64,000 nt of DNA from a candidate division WOR-3 bacterium (GCA_965649165.1 CBFGJT010000001.1:139853-203852); one strand, 5' to 3'. Positions 48,364 to 57,647 are shown, numbered from the stretch's first letter. Translations and numbers: made by a program. The notes: a model not told the origin generated them from the letters alone.

Positions 48364-48964
48364 CAAAGACCTGTTCCATTACCACCGGTGGCCGGACCTG
48401 TCCGATTTTCTCCAGTATTTCCATGCCTTCTACGATCTTGCCGATTACGGTGTATTTACCATCCAGCTGGGGGAGCGGCTGGAGACAGAAGTAAAACTGG
48501 CTGCCGGAGGATTCGAGGTTGGGGTTCACCTGATCCGGCAGCCGGGCCATCGCCATTGTTCCTTTCTCATGCTTGCGTTTGATTTCTGCGGGGACAGTGT
48601 AACCAGGACCGCCCGTGCCGTCGCCCTTGGGATCGCCTCCCTGAACCACAAAACCTGGTTCAATCCGGTGAAACGTGAGTCCGTTGTAGAATCCTCTGAT
48701 CGCGAGGTTGGCAACATTAGTGACATTCAGCGGTGCATCCTTGGTATACATTTCCACCTTGATTTTGCCGAAGTCTTTGACCAGGATGGTAATAAACAGC
48801 TTTTCCGGGAGGTTGGTTGACTTCAGCGTATCCTTGAGTAGACCAGGTGGTTCCGGAGTGGCTGTGCCGGCGGTGTCAGCTGGTGCCGGAGCTGTTTTTT
48901 GGGGAGTGCCACATCCGACGAAAATGACAGCAATCATCAGTGTAACTGGTAAGAGTTTTGACAC
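48350..48964 (-). CDS. Cyclophilin-type peptidyl-prolyl isomerase (lipoprotein)
   Basis: FVGC lipobox; FYNGLTFHRI; FVVQGGDP; GTMAMAR; SQFY; LDGKYTVIG. Confidence 0.9.
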   Translation of the reverse strand: MSKLLPVTLMIAVIFVGCGTPQKTAPAPADTAGTATPEPPGLLKDTLKSTNLPEKLFITILVKDFGKIKVEMYTKDAPLNVTNVANLAIRGFYNGLTFHRIEPGFVVQGGDPKGDGTGGPGYTVPAEIKRKHEKGTMAMARLPDQVNPNLESSGSQFYFCLQPLPQLDGKYTVIGKIVEGMEILEKIGQVRPPVVMEQVFVTTE

Positions 48965-48986
48965 AGTATACCTCCTTAATTAATTT

Positions 48987-50117
48987 TCAATATCCCCAAC
49001 GCCGGGTGCGTTTTTTCCATGACTCCTCGTAGACAATGGTAAGATGGAGGCGCCCAGCGGTTTCGCTGATGAATCCGGCCCGGGTTTTCCCCCTGCGGAA
49101 TATTACCTCACCGGTAATATCCAGTGTGCCAAATTTGGGCAACAGTACTCCGCTTCCAAAGTGAACAGCGGACTCAGAGATTCGTCCGCCGGCAACCGGA
49201 CTGCAGTACCATCTGCCTGCCGAGTAACCGAGGCGAAATGGATAGCCAGGGAATTGTTCATACTCAATGCCTATTGAAGCTCGCCATACATTCTGATAAT
49301 CTGCAGGCAGGTTATCAATGGTGGCATTTGCCCAGTTGCGAATTTCAAAGCCGGTGCTAATTTGGGTTTTATAGAACGGTCCGATAGTAAGTCCGAAGCT
49401 TAAAGTGGCAGGCAGATAGATCTGGTAGTTGCGAAGCGAATCGTTGGCAACCCCGTGGAGATGTTTAAATCTAGTGGCGGTGAGTTGAAACGGCAGGTCA
49501 TAAAAACCGGTAAGAGTGAAACGGGCGAACCTACCAGCTGTTCCCAGCCGGAGAGTACGCGCCGAGTAATCAATTTCAATTGTGTCCGTAGCCACTATGC
49601 CCTCAGCCCAGTAATGCCAGTTTTCCCGGGAGCCCCCGATCAGCTGCTGGAATTGGGCACCGAGGCAGATTAGGTTAAACAGTGGTTGAGAAACGCCGAG
49701 ATTGAAACTGTGGATTCCGCCCCGGCTGACAATATGAAAGCGGGGCGCGGTATCGGCGAGCGATTCGGACCAGACATCAAAGTCCTGATTGAACCGGCTG
49801 TCAACACTTAGGAGAAGTCGGGTGTGAGTGGGGAGTGGTGCCGCAGCATATATGCCAGTCGGTCGTATCGTTCCCAGTACACGCTGGTAGGAGTGCTGAC
49901 GCGCAGCAACTGTAGTGCCGGTCAGCGAGAGTTTGATGCGGGTTTGGGTGAGATCGAAGTAATTACCGGGATTCCCCGGAGTGAGAGCGGAGGGGTTGCC
50001 GAGAGCAATAAATCGGGCATCTGCTGGCAGAGCCACTTCCCCCAGACCGTTAGGGTTGAAAAATGACTGGGCGGTAAGTGCGGTAAATATCAGAAGCAGC
50101 GGTGTAATGGATTTCAT
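48987..50117 (-). CDS. Outer-membrane beta-barrel protein (FadL/PorV-like)
   Basis: Signal peptide; plug-like GLGE...ARFIALG...NPGN; alternating amphipathic strands; aromatic-rich C-terminus. Confidence 0.55.
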   Translation of the reverse strand: MKSITPLLLIFTALTAQSFFNPNGLGEVALPADARFIALGNPSALTPGNPGNYFDLTQTRIKLSLTGTTVAARQHSYQRVLGTIRPTGIYAAAPLPTHTRLLLSVDSRFNQDFDVWSESLADTAPRFHIVSRGGIHSFNLGVSQPLFNLICLGAQFQQLIGGSRENWHYWAEGIVATDTIEIDYSARTLRLGTAGRFARFTLTGFYDLPFQLTATRFKHLHGVANDSLRNYQIYLPATLSFGLTIGPFYKTQISTGFEIRNWANATIDNLPADYQNVWRASIGIEYEQFPGYPFRLGYSAGRWYCSPVAGGRISESAVHFGSGVLLPKFGTLDITGEVIFRRGKTRAGFISETAGRLHLTIVYEESWKKRTRRWGY

Positions 50118-51217
50118 CTTGAGAACCTATCCGGAGGAGGAGTGATATACTGAATTTTCAGCCGGGGAGCGTTATTGCCGGAGCGAAAGAGTTTCAGCCG
50201 AAAAGGTCGTTGCCATTCCGGTTCGGCGGTGATCAGCAGACCGTGATTAGGAAAGGAGTCCGGGTATGATACCCAGTTCTGAACCAGTGCAGTAATGTCG
50301 AGGCTGACCGTTGTGTCCTGCCCAACCGGAATGTAGGTAGTAGTGGCACCAGCTTTTTCTTCGTAGCCGGCATAGCGGTTGCGCAGCTGATAGGATTCCG
50401 TTAGGCGGTGAACGCCAATTTTCAGCGTGTCGGACCGGTGGTAAATGGTCCGGGGTGTAAACGACAGTTGCGCCCGGAGAATTGTGACTTCAGGCGGCAG
50501 GGTGTCAAGCCGGAATTTCACATAGGTGCGGAAGGCGAAACTGGCACCGAGCAGCAAATCGGTCAGCTGGCTGCGGATGTTGATGGTGTCAACAATGTGG
50601 GCATCGCCGGTGGCATAATAGATCCTTTTCTTACCATCAGCATAGTGGAAGACCAGTTTGGGTCCGGCTTTGGTATCGGTCATATTTGTGATTGCAGCGA
50701 ATCCGGTATCGGTCGGGAGAAGCACTATCCCTGATGATTTCTGTACCAGCAGTCTCAGCCGGCTGCGGTCCAGTTCCACGACTGTGGATTCTCGAGTGAG
50801 CGTAGCGGTGCCCAGAGTAAATCCCCAAAGGTCACCACCCGGTGTAAGCCAGCGGGTGGCAGAGTCAGCCAGGAGCCAAGTCACCGCACTGGTAGTCCAC
50901 TCCGTCGAACAGGCACGGCAGACGAATGTGACCGAAGTACTGTCAAGGGGATAAAGAATTAGGTGCACGCTAGTGACCGAGTCGAGTGCGCTGTCTTTAA
51001 GAGGGAATTTGAGCAGAACCCGGGATTCATACTGTTCGTCACTCCCTAAAAGCAGCCAGTCAGCATAACCGAGCGGAACATGCCGGCTGTAACCGTCAAG
51101 TGAATCCGGAAACAGTTCCAGTGTGCCACTTTCTGGCAAGGTGGTCAGCTGGTCAAAGCCGACCGGCAGTGTGTTACAGGCAACAAGCAGCAGTGCGAGC
51201 GGATAGAAAAATTTCAT
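50114..51217 (-). CDS. Lipoprotein with DNRLRE-like beta domains
   Basis: LLVAC lipobox; ESRVLLKF, RTYVKF and DITALVQNW...NHGLLI...APRLKIQY patterns. Confidence 0.55.
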   Translation of the reverse strand: MKFFYPLALLLVACNTLPVGFDQLTTLPESGTLELFPDSLDGYSRHVPLGYADWLLLGSDEQYESRVLLKFPLKDSALDSVTSVHLILYPLDSTSVTFVCRACSTEWTTSAVTWLLADSATRWLTPGGDLWGFTLGTATLTRESTVVELDRSRLRLLVQKSSGIVLLPTDTGFAAITNMTDTKAGPKLVFHYADGKKRIYYATGDAHIVDTINIRSQLTDLLLGASFAFRTYVKFRLDTLPPEVTILRAQLSFTPRTIYHRSDTLKIGVHRLTESYQLRNRYAGYEEKAGATTTYIPVGQDTTVSLDITALVQNWVSYPDSFPNHGLLITAEPEWQRPFRLKLFRSGNNAPRLKIQYITPPPDRFSR

Positions 51218-52215
51218 CGGCCGGAGTTCTGATCAGCAAATGCTTGGGCGATGTGCTGGGACAGATTATCGCGGACCGCCGAATAGGCGGTGCGGATGGC
51301 ATTTTTTAGTGCGTGGGGTGTTGACCGGCCATGGGCAACTACAACGTTGCCCTGAATACCGAGCATCAGCGCGCCGCCGTATTCCTGATAATCCATCCGG
51401 CTGATGAACTCCTCCAGAACCGGACGGGAAAACCAACGGCGCAGCCGGTATTTAGATTCCGACTCGTAATACTGTTCAAGGAGTTGGCGGAGAATTTCGC
51501 CCAGACCCTCACCATATTTCAGCAGCACATTGCCTACGAACCCGTCGCAGACAACGACATCTGCCTTCCCGGTCAGAATTTCGTTGCCTTCAACATTGCC
51601 GATGAAGTTAAGTTCACTTTCCTTGAGCAGACGGTAGGCGGCAGTTGTCAGTTCGTTACCTTTGGTATCTTCCTGTCCGATATTGAGCAGACCGACCGAA
51701 GGATTGGCTTTACGGAAGAAAAATGCGGCAGCGGTGGCGCCCATGATGGCAAACTGGAGGAGCTGAATCGGTTTGGTGTCAACATTGGCACCGACATCGA
51801 GCACGAGAGTGCTGCCTTTGATTCTGGGGAAAAGGACCGCAAGAGTCGGACGGTGGACACCGGAAATCGCTCCCAATCGGGTCAGGGCGAATGCCATGAC
51901 CGCACCGGTGTTGCCGGCACTTACCACCGCATCTACCTTTCCCTGTCGGTGGAGATCCATGCAGACACCGATTGATGAGTGCTGTTTTCGCTTTACCGCT
52001 TCGGGTGCCGATTCATGCATGCCGACGACCTCTGCTGCCGGTACAAACTCCACCCGTTCATTATTCCGGTAATCGACACGGTCCGATTCTAGAATCTCTT
52101 GCCGACCGACGATCACCAGACTGCAGTCCGGGAGTTCTTCAAGGGCAAGCTGCACCGCAGCCAGCTCGGCACGCGGTGCGTTGTCCGAGCCCATGGCGTC
52201 GAGTGCAATTTTCAC
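51214..52215 (-). CDS. plsX: Phosphate acyltransferase PlsX
   Basis: KIALDAMGSD; VSAGNTGA; RPTLA; LDVGANVD; GLLNIGQEDTKG; VVVCDGFVGN; AHGRS. Confidence 0.95.
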   Translation of the reverse strand: MKIALDAMGSDNAPRAELAAVQLALEELPDCSLVIVGRQEILESDRVDYRNNERVEFVPAAEVVGMHESAPEAVKRKQHSSIGVCMDLHRQGKVDAVVSAGNTGAVMAFALTRLGAISGVHRPTLAVLFPRIKGSTLVLDVGANVDTKPIQLLQFAIMGATAAAFFFRKANPSVGLLNIGQEDTKGNELTTAAYRLLKESELNFIGNVEGNEILTGKADVVVCDGFVGNVLLKYGEGLGEILRQLLEQYYESESKYRLRRWFSRPVLEEFISRMDYQEYGGALMLGIQGNVVVAHGRSTPHALKNAIRTAYSAVRDNLSQHIAQAFADQNSGR

Positions 52216-52401
52216 TTACTTCTTTTCTTCAGTTATTAATACCGGTTTGCCCGCATAGTAGCCGCAGTGTGGACAGACCCGATGGGGCATTTTCGGTTCA
52301 TGGCAGTGCGGACAATCAACAAGCGTCGGCGGTGTCAGTTTCCAGTGAGTGCGGCGCTTGCGGCCCCGCTGCCGTGAATGTCTTCGCTTCGGTAGTGGCA
52401 T
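52216..52401 (-). CDS. rpmF: 50S ribosomal protein L32
   Basis: MPLPKRRHSRQR...CPHC...HRVCPHCGYY; GGAGG SD. Confidence 0.96.
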   Translation of the reverse strand: MPLPKRRHSRQRGRKRRTHWKLTPPTLVDCPHCHEPKMPHRVCPHCGYYAGKPVLITEEKK

Positions 52402-52430
52402 TGATATCCTCCAATTTAAAAATTTATTTT

Positions 52431-52458
52431 ATATTACTGATATACGATTACAAGTCAA
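52431..52458 (-). promoter_or_regulatory. Promoter of the rpmF-plsX operon
   Basis: TTGACT, 16 nt, TAATAT. Confidence 0.6.
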
Positions 52459-52471
52459 GGATAAGAGTATA

Positions 52472-52833
52472 TCACTCCGGTTTTTGGGGCAGAGAATGAC
52501 TAATGTCCAGCATGAAGTTAAAATTGAACCCGGCGGGAAGTTCCTCATTAAAGTTAACTGTGTCCCCTGGCAGCAGTTCGGCGTGAATCAGTTGAGCGAT
52601 CAGTTGAATGATGTCGGCAGGTGTGATGATACCCCAGCTGGCGAGTACCGTCTCTGCCAGCAGTCCGTAGCGTTCAGTGGCGATAGTGCTGTGGCATTCA
52701 GCAGTTGTGGGGCGGCGATGTTCGTTTTTCTGCCGGTTTGCTGATAGACATGGTGCAGACCAGTGCCCAGCAGCAGGTAGGCGTCAACGGTGTACCGAGT
52801 ATCAGACTGCAGCAGCTCATAAAGTAGTACCAT
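52472..52833 (-). pseudogene. Frameshifted Minf_1886/TIGR04138-like small protein
   Basis: Frame A ...DTRYTVDAYLLL...NIAAPQLL continues in another frame as ECHSTIATERYGLLAETVLASWGIITPADI...LIHAELL; adding one base near 52700 gives an intact 120-aa ORF. Confidence 0.6.
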
Positions 52834-52882
52834 CAAGTTTGATTTTAGCCTTAATAGCAGCGAGCGCAAGTAGGGTTGAATC

Positions 52883-52910
52883 TTGACTGAGATGGCTTTG
52901 AAGATAGGAT
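52883..52910 (+). promoter_or_regulatory. Promoter of the DUF4177-like gene
   Basis: TTGACT, 16 nt, TAGGAT. Confidence 0.55.
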
Positions 52911-52935
52911 TAGCGTGAAGAACAAAGGAGTTAAA

Positions 52936-53181
52936 ATGGCAAAATGGGAATACAAGTTTCTGCAGATTGACATCCATATGAGCCCGGTGCTGAAGATGGC
53001 GCGCTGGGGTGTGCAGGTTCCGGGTGAAAAGAAGGCGCGGGATACAATGGAGGGTGTGGAGGCATATGTCAATGATCTGGGCCAGGAAGGCTGGGAGCTG
53101 GTGACGGCGGTTAGCGGTTCGGACCACAGCGGTATCATCACCAAGGCGGTTCTTTTTTTCAAACGCCCGCTACCAGAATGA
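52936..53181 (+). CDS. DUF4177-like small protein
   Basis: KWEYK...VNDLGQEGWELV...FFKRP pattern; AAGGAG SD before ATG 52936. Confidence 0.75.
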   Translation: MAKWEYKFLQIDIHMSPVLKMARWGVQVPGEKKARDTMEGVEAYVNDLGQEGWELVTAVSGSDHSGIITKAVLFFKRPLPE

Positions 53182-53266
53182 GTCTGCCTATAGTAGCAGT
53201 CTAGTGAAGTTTGCGTCCTGCTTCCGAATGGCCCAGATGTGGAATGCCAGGGACCGGAGCACTGAT

Positions 53267-53295
53267 TTGACAACCCAGCCCGTTATAGATAATAT
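53267..53295 (+). promoter_or_regulatory. Putative promoter of the cvpA-like gene
   Basis: TTGACA, 17 nt, TAATAT. Confidence 0.5.
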
Positions 53296-53328
53296 TATCG
53301 GTGATGAAAATGGAGGAGGGATCGGGAG

Positions 53329-53820
53329 ATGAAGTTCAACTGGATTGATATTGTGGCAATTGGTGTAGTGGCTTCGTCTGGTGCGGTTCAGTTTCTGCGT
53401 GCTACCCGGGATTTCTCCCAGGTGTTTTATGAAACAGTCATGCTTATTCTCGCGCTGGTGGGTGCGGTCCGTTTCTTTATGCCGGTGAGCCAGCTGCTCA
53501 ATATTACACCCCCGCTCGCTCTTGGTGTTGTGTTTGCAGTTTTTACGGTCCTGGCACTGCTCATTGCAACCCTGCTTAATCAGGGGCTGGGGTTCAGTCT
53601 TGGCGGGTTTGATTACCTTTTCGGACTGGCGCTGGGGATTGCCGGCGGTTTTGTCTTCGGTCATGCGATTATGCGGACGATGATGCTTCTTTTTCTTGGG
53701 CGCAATCCGGAGCTGGTGGCGGCAATGCATCGTTCCTGGATGGCAAGTCAGGTGCTTTACTTCGGTGCGTTCCGGGAGCTGCTGGGTATTCTGAGAATCG
53801 CTCGGTATAATAATATTTAG
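53329..53820 (+). CDS. CvpA-family membrane protein
   Basis: NWIDIVAI N-terminus; four TM segments; FDYLFGLALGIAGG. Confidence 0.75.
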   Translation: MKFNWIDIVAIGVVASSGAVQFLRATRDFSQVFYETVMLILALVGAVRFFMPVSQLLNITPPLALGVVFAVFTVLALLIATLLNQGLGFSLGGFDYLFGLALGIAGGFVFGHAIMRTMMLLFLGRNPELVAAMHRSWMASQVLYFGAFRELLGILRIARYNNI

Positions 53821-55151
53821 CCGACAGTTAGTTCGGACAGAAGCCAGGGGAGTACCGCTGAACCGGTTGTCTTGGTTTCTTTACTTACCAGTTTTATTTT
53901 CCGCATGAGCTCAAGGGCATTGCCGCTCACCGACCAGCGTCCGGCAGCGGGCAGATCGGTGAGTTCACCGTGCCGGATGATCCGACCGAAGTAGAGGGTG
54001 TTGGCAAAGTCACCGGTGGTGCGGTTGGCGGTGTGAAACCCGAGCAGAGCCTTGACTAGGAGACCATGCTCAATCTGTCCGATCATCTCGGCGAGCGGGG
54101 CGGTTCCCGGTTCAATGAAGATGTCGTTGATGGTACAGCGGATTGGTGCTTCATGCTTCTCCTCAATCAGTAACGGTCGGTGCCGGCCATTACCGGTGGA
54201 CTCTCGATTTTCCCGAACAGCAGCGGTTCGGTCATAGAGAAACTGCTTCAGAATGCCGTTTTCCACAATTAGATTTCTGCGGGCAGGCGTGCCTTCGTCG
54301 TCAACCGGGAAGGTGCTTTCGCCGAAGGGCATGGTAGCATCATCGCTTAAGGTAATGAGCGGTGACATGACCTGTGTGTTCAACTGATAGCGGGACATGC
54401 CTTCCTGAACGTTTGAGGCATAGAGATGTTCTGCTACCAGTCGCCGGAGCATTTCCTCGGTGAATACCGGGTCGAGAATCACTGGAATCGTTTTCCCTTT
54501 AAGACCTTCCTTTTTGGGATCAGATTCAGTTGCGGGCAGATTGCGGGCAACCGATTCCGCCAGTTGGGTTACCCGCATCAGTTCGGGCATTTTTCTGCCG
54601 GCGACAAAGTCAAAATCCCGGGTGTTAACTTCCGCGAAGACAGAGAAGGCGGTGCGTTCGGCGACAACGGGCTGCGGGCTGTGCATGGTCGTAAACAGCC
54701 GAGTTTCCTGACTTAGGTGCAACATACCTTCTAGTGTTTCCACTCTTCCGGTCTCCCAGGCACGCCGCATCATGTCCTGCGTGATGTGCTTAATTTGAGC
54801 GGGCGCATTCAGCAGTTTTGCTACTTCGGGGTCGAATGTCTCTGTGGATGGCGTTTTACCGTCGATCACGGCAAAAGAGTTAAACGGTGCAGGTTGTGCC
54901 TGGCTGAGGGCGCTGCTGATCCCCAGTTCCAGTAGTGCTGGACTGAGTTCAGTGAAGGGGATAAAGCCGAGCCGGCTCTTTTTGAGAACCCGCAGCGAAC
55001 CGGAGAAGATGTCCTTCTTCAGCTGGACGGTGAGCTCTCGGTTTTCAATCCGGACATCGATTGATGTGTAGAGCGTAAGCAGGAGTTCAAAATCATCCAG
55101 ACCAGTGCGCCGGGCAACTTTCAGAACCTGCAGAGCAAACTGTTCCAGCAT
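53817..55151 (-). CDS. TldE/PmbA family protein (non-catalytic partner)
   Basis: DDEGTP; VENGILKQFLYD; STGNG; TGDF; no HExxxH; directly downstream of tldD. Confidence 0.85.
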   Translation of the reverse strand: MLEQFALQVLKVARRTGLDDFELLLTLYTSIDVRIENRELTVQLKKDIFSGSLRVLKKSRLGFIPFTELSPALLELGISSALSQAQPAPFNSFAVIDGKTPSTETFDPEVAKLLNAPAQIKHITQDMMRRAWETGRVETLEGMLHLSQETRLFTTMHSPQPVVAERTAFSVFAEVNTRDFDFVAGRKMPELMRVTQLAESVARNLPATESDPKKEGLKGKTIPVILDPVFTEEMLRRLVAEHLYASNVQEGMSRYQLNTQVMSPLITLSDDATMPFGESTFPVDDEGTPARRNLIVENGILKQFLYDRTAAVRENRESTGNGRHRPLLIEEKHEAPIRCTINDIFIEPGTAPLAEMIGQIEHGLLVKALLGFHTANRTTGDFANTLYFGRIIRHGELTDLPAAGRWSVSGNALELMRKIKLVSKETKTTGSAVLPWLLSELTVG

Positions 55152-55154
55152 GTT

Positions 55155-56657
55155 TCACCCCTGAATTGAAAGGTTGATGTACTCATTATTGCGGATTTTC
55201 GTCCACTCAGGCCCGCCGTCGCCGACAAACTTGGTCTGGCCCTTGCCGCAGAATCCAACATCGGAGATTTTCACCGGACCGGCGAATCCTTCAACATAAT
55301 GAAGGGCATGGAGGGTGCGGGCAGCGAAGTTTGCCGGCTTAACTGTTCGGGTAATTCTGCCATCTTCGATCAGATAACCGATGAGCACCGAAGAGGACAT
55401 GCCGTCCTTGGAAACTGCACCTCCCGCCGTGCCTTCAAGAATAATACCTTTCGGCACATCGGCAATCAACTGGTCAAGCCGGCGCAACCAGGTTTTTTTC
55501 GTTGCCGGCTGAATAAAGGTGTTGGACATCCGGGGTATCCGTGCATCGCCCAGTTCGCTGAATCCGCCACCATTGGGTGCGGTATTGAAATAGGCAGCGG
55601 TCTCGCGATTGTGAATCATTCCCTGAATTGCACCCCGTTCCGCCAGCAGCTTCGTCTGAACTTCTACTCCTTCGTCATCAATGAATTCAGTACCAAAACC
55701 TTCTTCCGGCTTATCGGGGAGCGGTCCGTCCATAATGTTGACAATTTCAGCGGCAACTACACCCCGGGGTAAACCCTTTTCATCAATGATACCCGAATTT
55801 CCTGCCTTGACGATGTCAGCCTCAAAGTTGTGTCCCAGCGCTTCATGGACAAACACGCCGATCGTGGTGTAATGGAGGATGAAATGGGTCAGCGATTGAA
55901 TCTCCCCGGTACTCAGGGTTACCGCATCCTGGAGAGCGACGGTTTTTTCCATCCAGCTCCGGATGTGACGGATTGCCGCCGGAGTCAGCCGGAAGCCTTT
56001 CGGGCTGCGGGCGAGGAGGAATGAGAAGGGCAGGGGATTGCCAAGTCGAGCACGGGTCTGGGTTAGTGTGCCGTCCGGTCCTTTAACCCGGGTGACAAGC
56101 TGGAGAAAGGTCCGGGGCATCACCTGCGTCTTGAATACCCCATCAGTGTCGGCGATTGCCTTCTCCTCCCGCTGAGTGAAAAACCAGAATTCAGTTTTGA
56201 TTTCCATTCCCGGGTTTTTCTGTTCAAGCTGGCGGGCAATGCGGTTGATACCGGCGATCAGGGTGTTGAATATCCGGGCAGCAGGAAAAAGACGTGGCGC
56301 AGTGGTGCCATAGCGCACCCGGCCGGGATTGGGAATCGGTGCGAGCCGGACTGGATGAGGTGGTGGGGGAGTGATATTGAGCAGGGCAACGCCGTCGTCA
56401 ATCGCCGATTTGAGCGATTCGGGGCTGAGCGTGCCGACTTTGATTTCAACCTTTTTCCCCTGATGGAGCAAGCGGAGTTGGATTCGGGCTTTGGCGTTGA
56501 ACGGTTTCTGCAACAGGCGGTCAGGCAGTTGCTGCAGTTCAATGCGCAGGATTTTCTCATACAGAATGTCAGCATAATCAACGCGCTGCCGGGCATAATG
56601 GAGCGCCTGATTGAGAACGGTTTTCACACGGGCCTCATTTTCAATTTCCGGTGACAT
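55155..56657 (-). CDS. tldD: TldD family metalloprotease
   Basis: VHEALGHNFEAD; DDEGV; RMSNTFI; CGKGQ; start placed at ATG 56657. Confidence 0.85.
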   Translation of the reverse strand: MSPEIENEARVKTVLNQALHYARQRVDYADILYEKILRIELQQLPDRLLQKPFNAKARIQLRLLHQGKKVEIKVGTLSPESLKSAIDDGVALLNITPPPPHPVRLAPIPNPGRVRYGTTAPRLFPAARIFNTLIAGINRIARQLEQKNPGMEIKTEFWFFTQREEKAIADTDGVFKTQVMPRTFLQLVTRVKGPDGTLTQTRARLGNPLPFSFLLARSPKGFRLTPAAIRHIRSWMEKTVALQDAVTLSTGEIQSLTHFILHYTTIGVFVHEALGHNFEADIVKAGNSGIIDEKGLPRGVVAAEIVNIMDGPLPDKPEEGFGTEFIDDEGVEVQTKLLAERGAIQGMIHNRETAAYFNTAPNGGGFSELGDARIPRMSNTFIQPATKKTWLRRLDQLIADVPKGIILEGTAGGAVSKDGMSSSVLIGYLIEDGRITRTVKPANFAARTLHALHYVEGFAGPVKISDVGFCGKGQTKFVGDGGPEWTKIRNNEYINLSIQG

Positions 56658-56663
56658 AAACCA

Positions 56664-56690
56664 AGTATAAAAAACCCGGGTAAAAGTCAA
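56664..56690 (-). promoter_or_regulatory. Putative leaderless promoter of tldD-tldE
   Basis: TTGACT, 15 nt (includes a homopolymer run), TATACT; ATG 6 nt downstream. Confidence 0.4.
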
Positions 56691-56714
56691 GCGGGCTCAC
56701 TAGGAGCCCGCTTG
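56688..56714 (-). terminator. Terminator hairpin of the RRM gene
   Basis: Perfect 11-bp stem CAAGCGGGCTC-ACTAG-GAGCCCGCTTG; ACUUUU follows on the minus strand. Confidence 0.65.
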
Positions 56715-56732
56715 TGTAAGGATTTTACTCCT

Positions 56733-57077
56733 TTACCAGCGTCGACCCGAAAAAAAACCGCCACTGTTGCGCCCACCTTTGCGGGGCCCGCGTGAGGGGC
56801 GGTTGGCACCGAAACTGCCACGACTCTCGGTTCTTTCCCGGGCTTCGTTGACGTTCAGTGCCCGGTCATCCAGGCTGTAGCCGTTCAGACCCTGAATCGC
56901 CGCCCGAGCGGCTTCATCGGTAGCCATCTCCACGAAGGCGAACCCACGGGGACGATTGGTGAAACGGTCGGTTACGATGTTTACCGAGACCACCTCGCCA
57001 TGCTGACCAAAAAGGTCACGCAGCTGGGATTCGGTTGCGCTGAAGGGCAGATTGCCCACGAACAAGCGCCTTGTCAT
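56733..57077 (-). CDS. RRM (RNP-1) RNA-binding protein with a Gly/Arg-rich tail
   Basis: LFVGNL (RNP2); RGFAFVEM (RNP1); LNVNEAR; AAGGAG SD before ATG 57077. Confidence 0.92.
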   Translation of the reverse strand: MTRRLFVGNLPFSATESQLRDLFGQHGEVVSVNIVTDRFTNRPRGFAFVEMATDEAARAAIQGLNGYSLDDRALNVNEARERTESRGSFGANRPSRGPRKGGRNSGGFFSGRRW

Positions 57078-57251
57078 ATCTTTACTCCTTTTTGTTTTGC
57101 TCAAGAATCGTTCAACAGGTGGGTTCGCACGGACCAGTTTGGGTTTCAGGTGCCAATGCTGGACACCAGCACCAGGAACGGTTCCAAGCTTCTTTTCCCG
57201 GGTTACATCTACTTATCGTATCGGTTGACACCCGTAATCAGCCGACGTAAA

Positions 57252-57279
57252 ATTATAATAGTCAATTCGGGCCTGTCAA
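57252..57279 (-). promoter_or_regulatory. Consensus promoter of the RRM gene, giving a ~170-nt 5' UTR
   Basis: TTGACA, 16 nt, TATAAT. Confidence 0.7.
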
Positions 57280-57619
57280 ATAAAACTTTACTTTGATTTC
57301 CAGTATTTCCTCAAGTCCGATCATTTATCACTGGTGCAGAGACCGGCGGTTCAAGAATAGGAGTATGTGGTGTGCGCAAACATACACAGATTTATCCTGT
57401 TTACCCTGGGATTATTCAGTTATCTTCGGAAATATGAATGGGTTATAATTTATGGTGTGATTTCTGGGGTTTGCCGGGGTATACCGTGGTGTTATTCGGT
57501 CGTCTGGGAGAGGGGTGGTGTTCCTGGTGATACCGGTGATGTTCGGCAATCTGATTGATTCGATGGGGTGCGGGAAATCAGCCACGAGGCTTTCCAGTTT
57601 GGACTGGTGTTATGTGTCC

Positions 57620-57647
57620 TTGACTTTGGGGTGCTTTCACTTATTAT
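57620..57647 (+). promoter_or_regulatory. Promoter of the ogt-MBL genes
   Basis: TTGACT, 16 nt, TATTAT. Confidence 0.6.

Noticed and set aside
52600-53127. 175-aa minus-strand ORF from the ORF track, or a yceD gene upstream of rpmF
   Set aside because: Its N-terminal half is antisense to the DUF4177-like gene; only 52833-52700 looks coding, as part of the frameshifted gene. No YceD CxxC motifs are seen.
57300-57600. 63-aa ORF (57367-57558) and the upstream extension of ogt to 57568
   Set aside because: Low-complexity G/T-rich spacer between divergent promoters. A promoter at 57620-57647 lies inside the ogt extension, so the real start is downstream.
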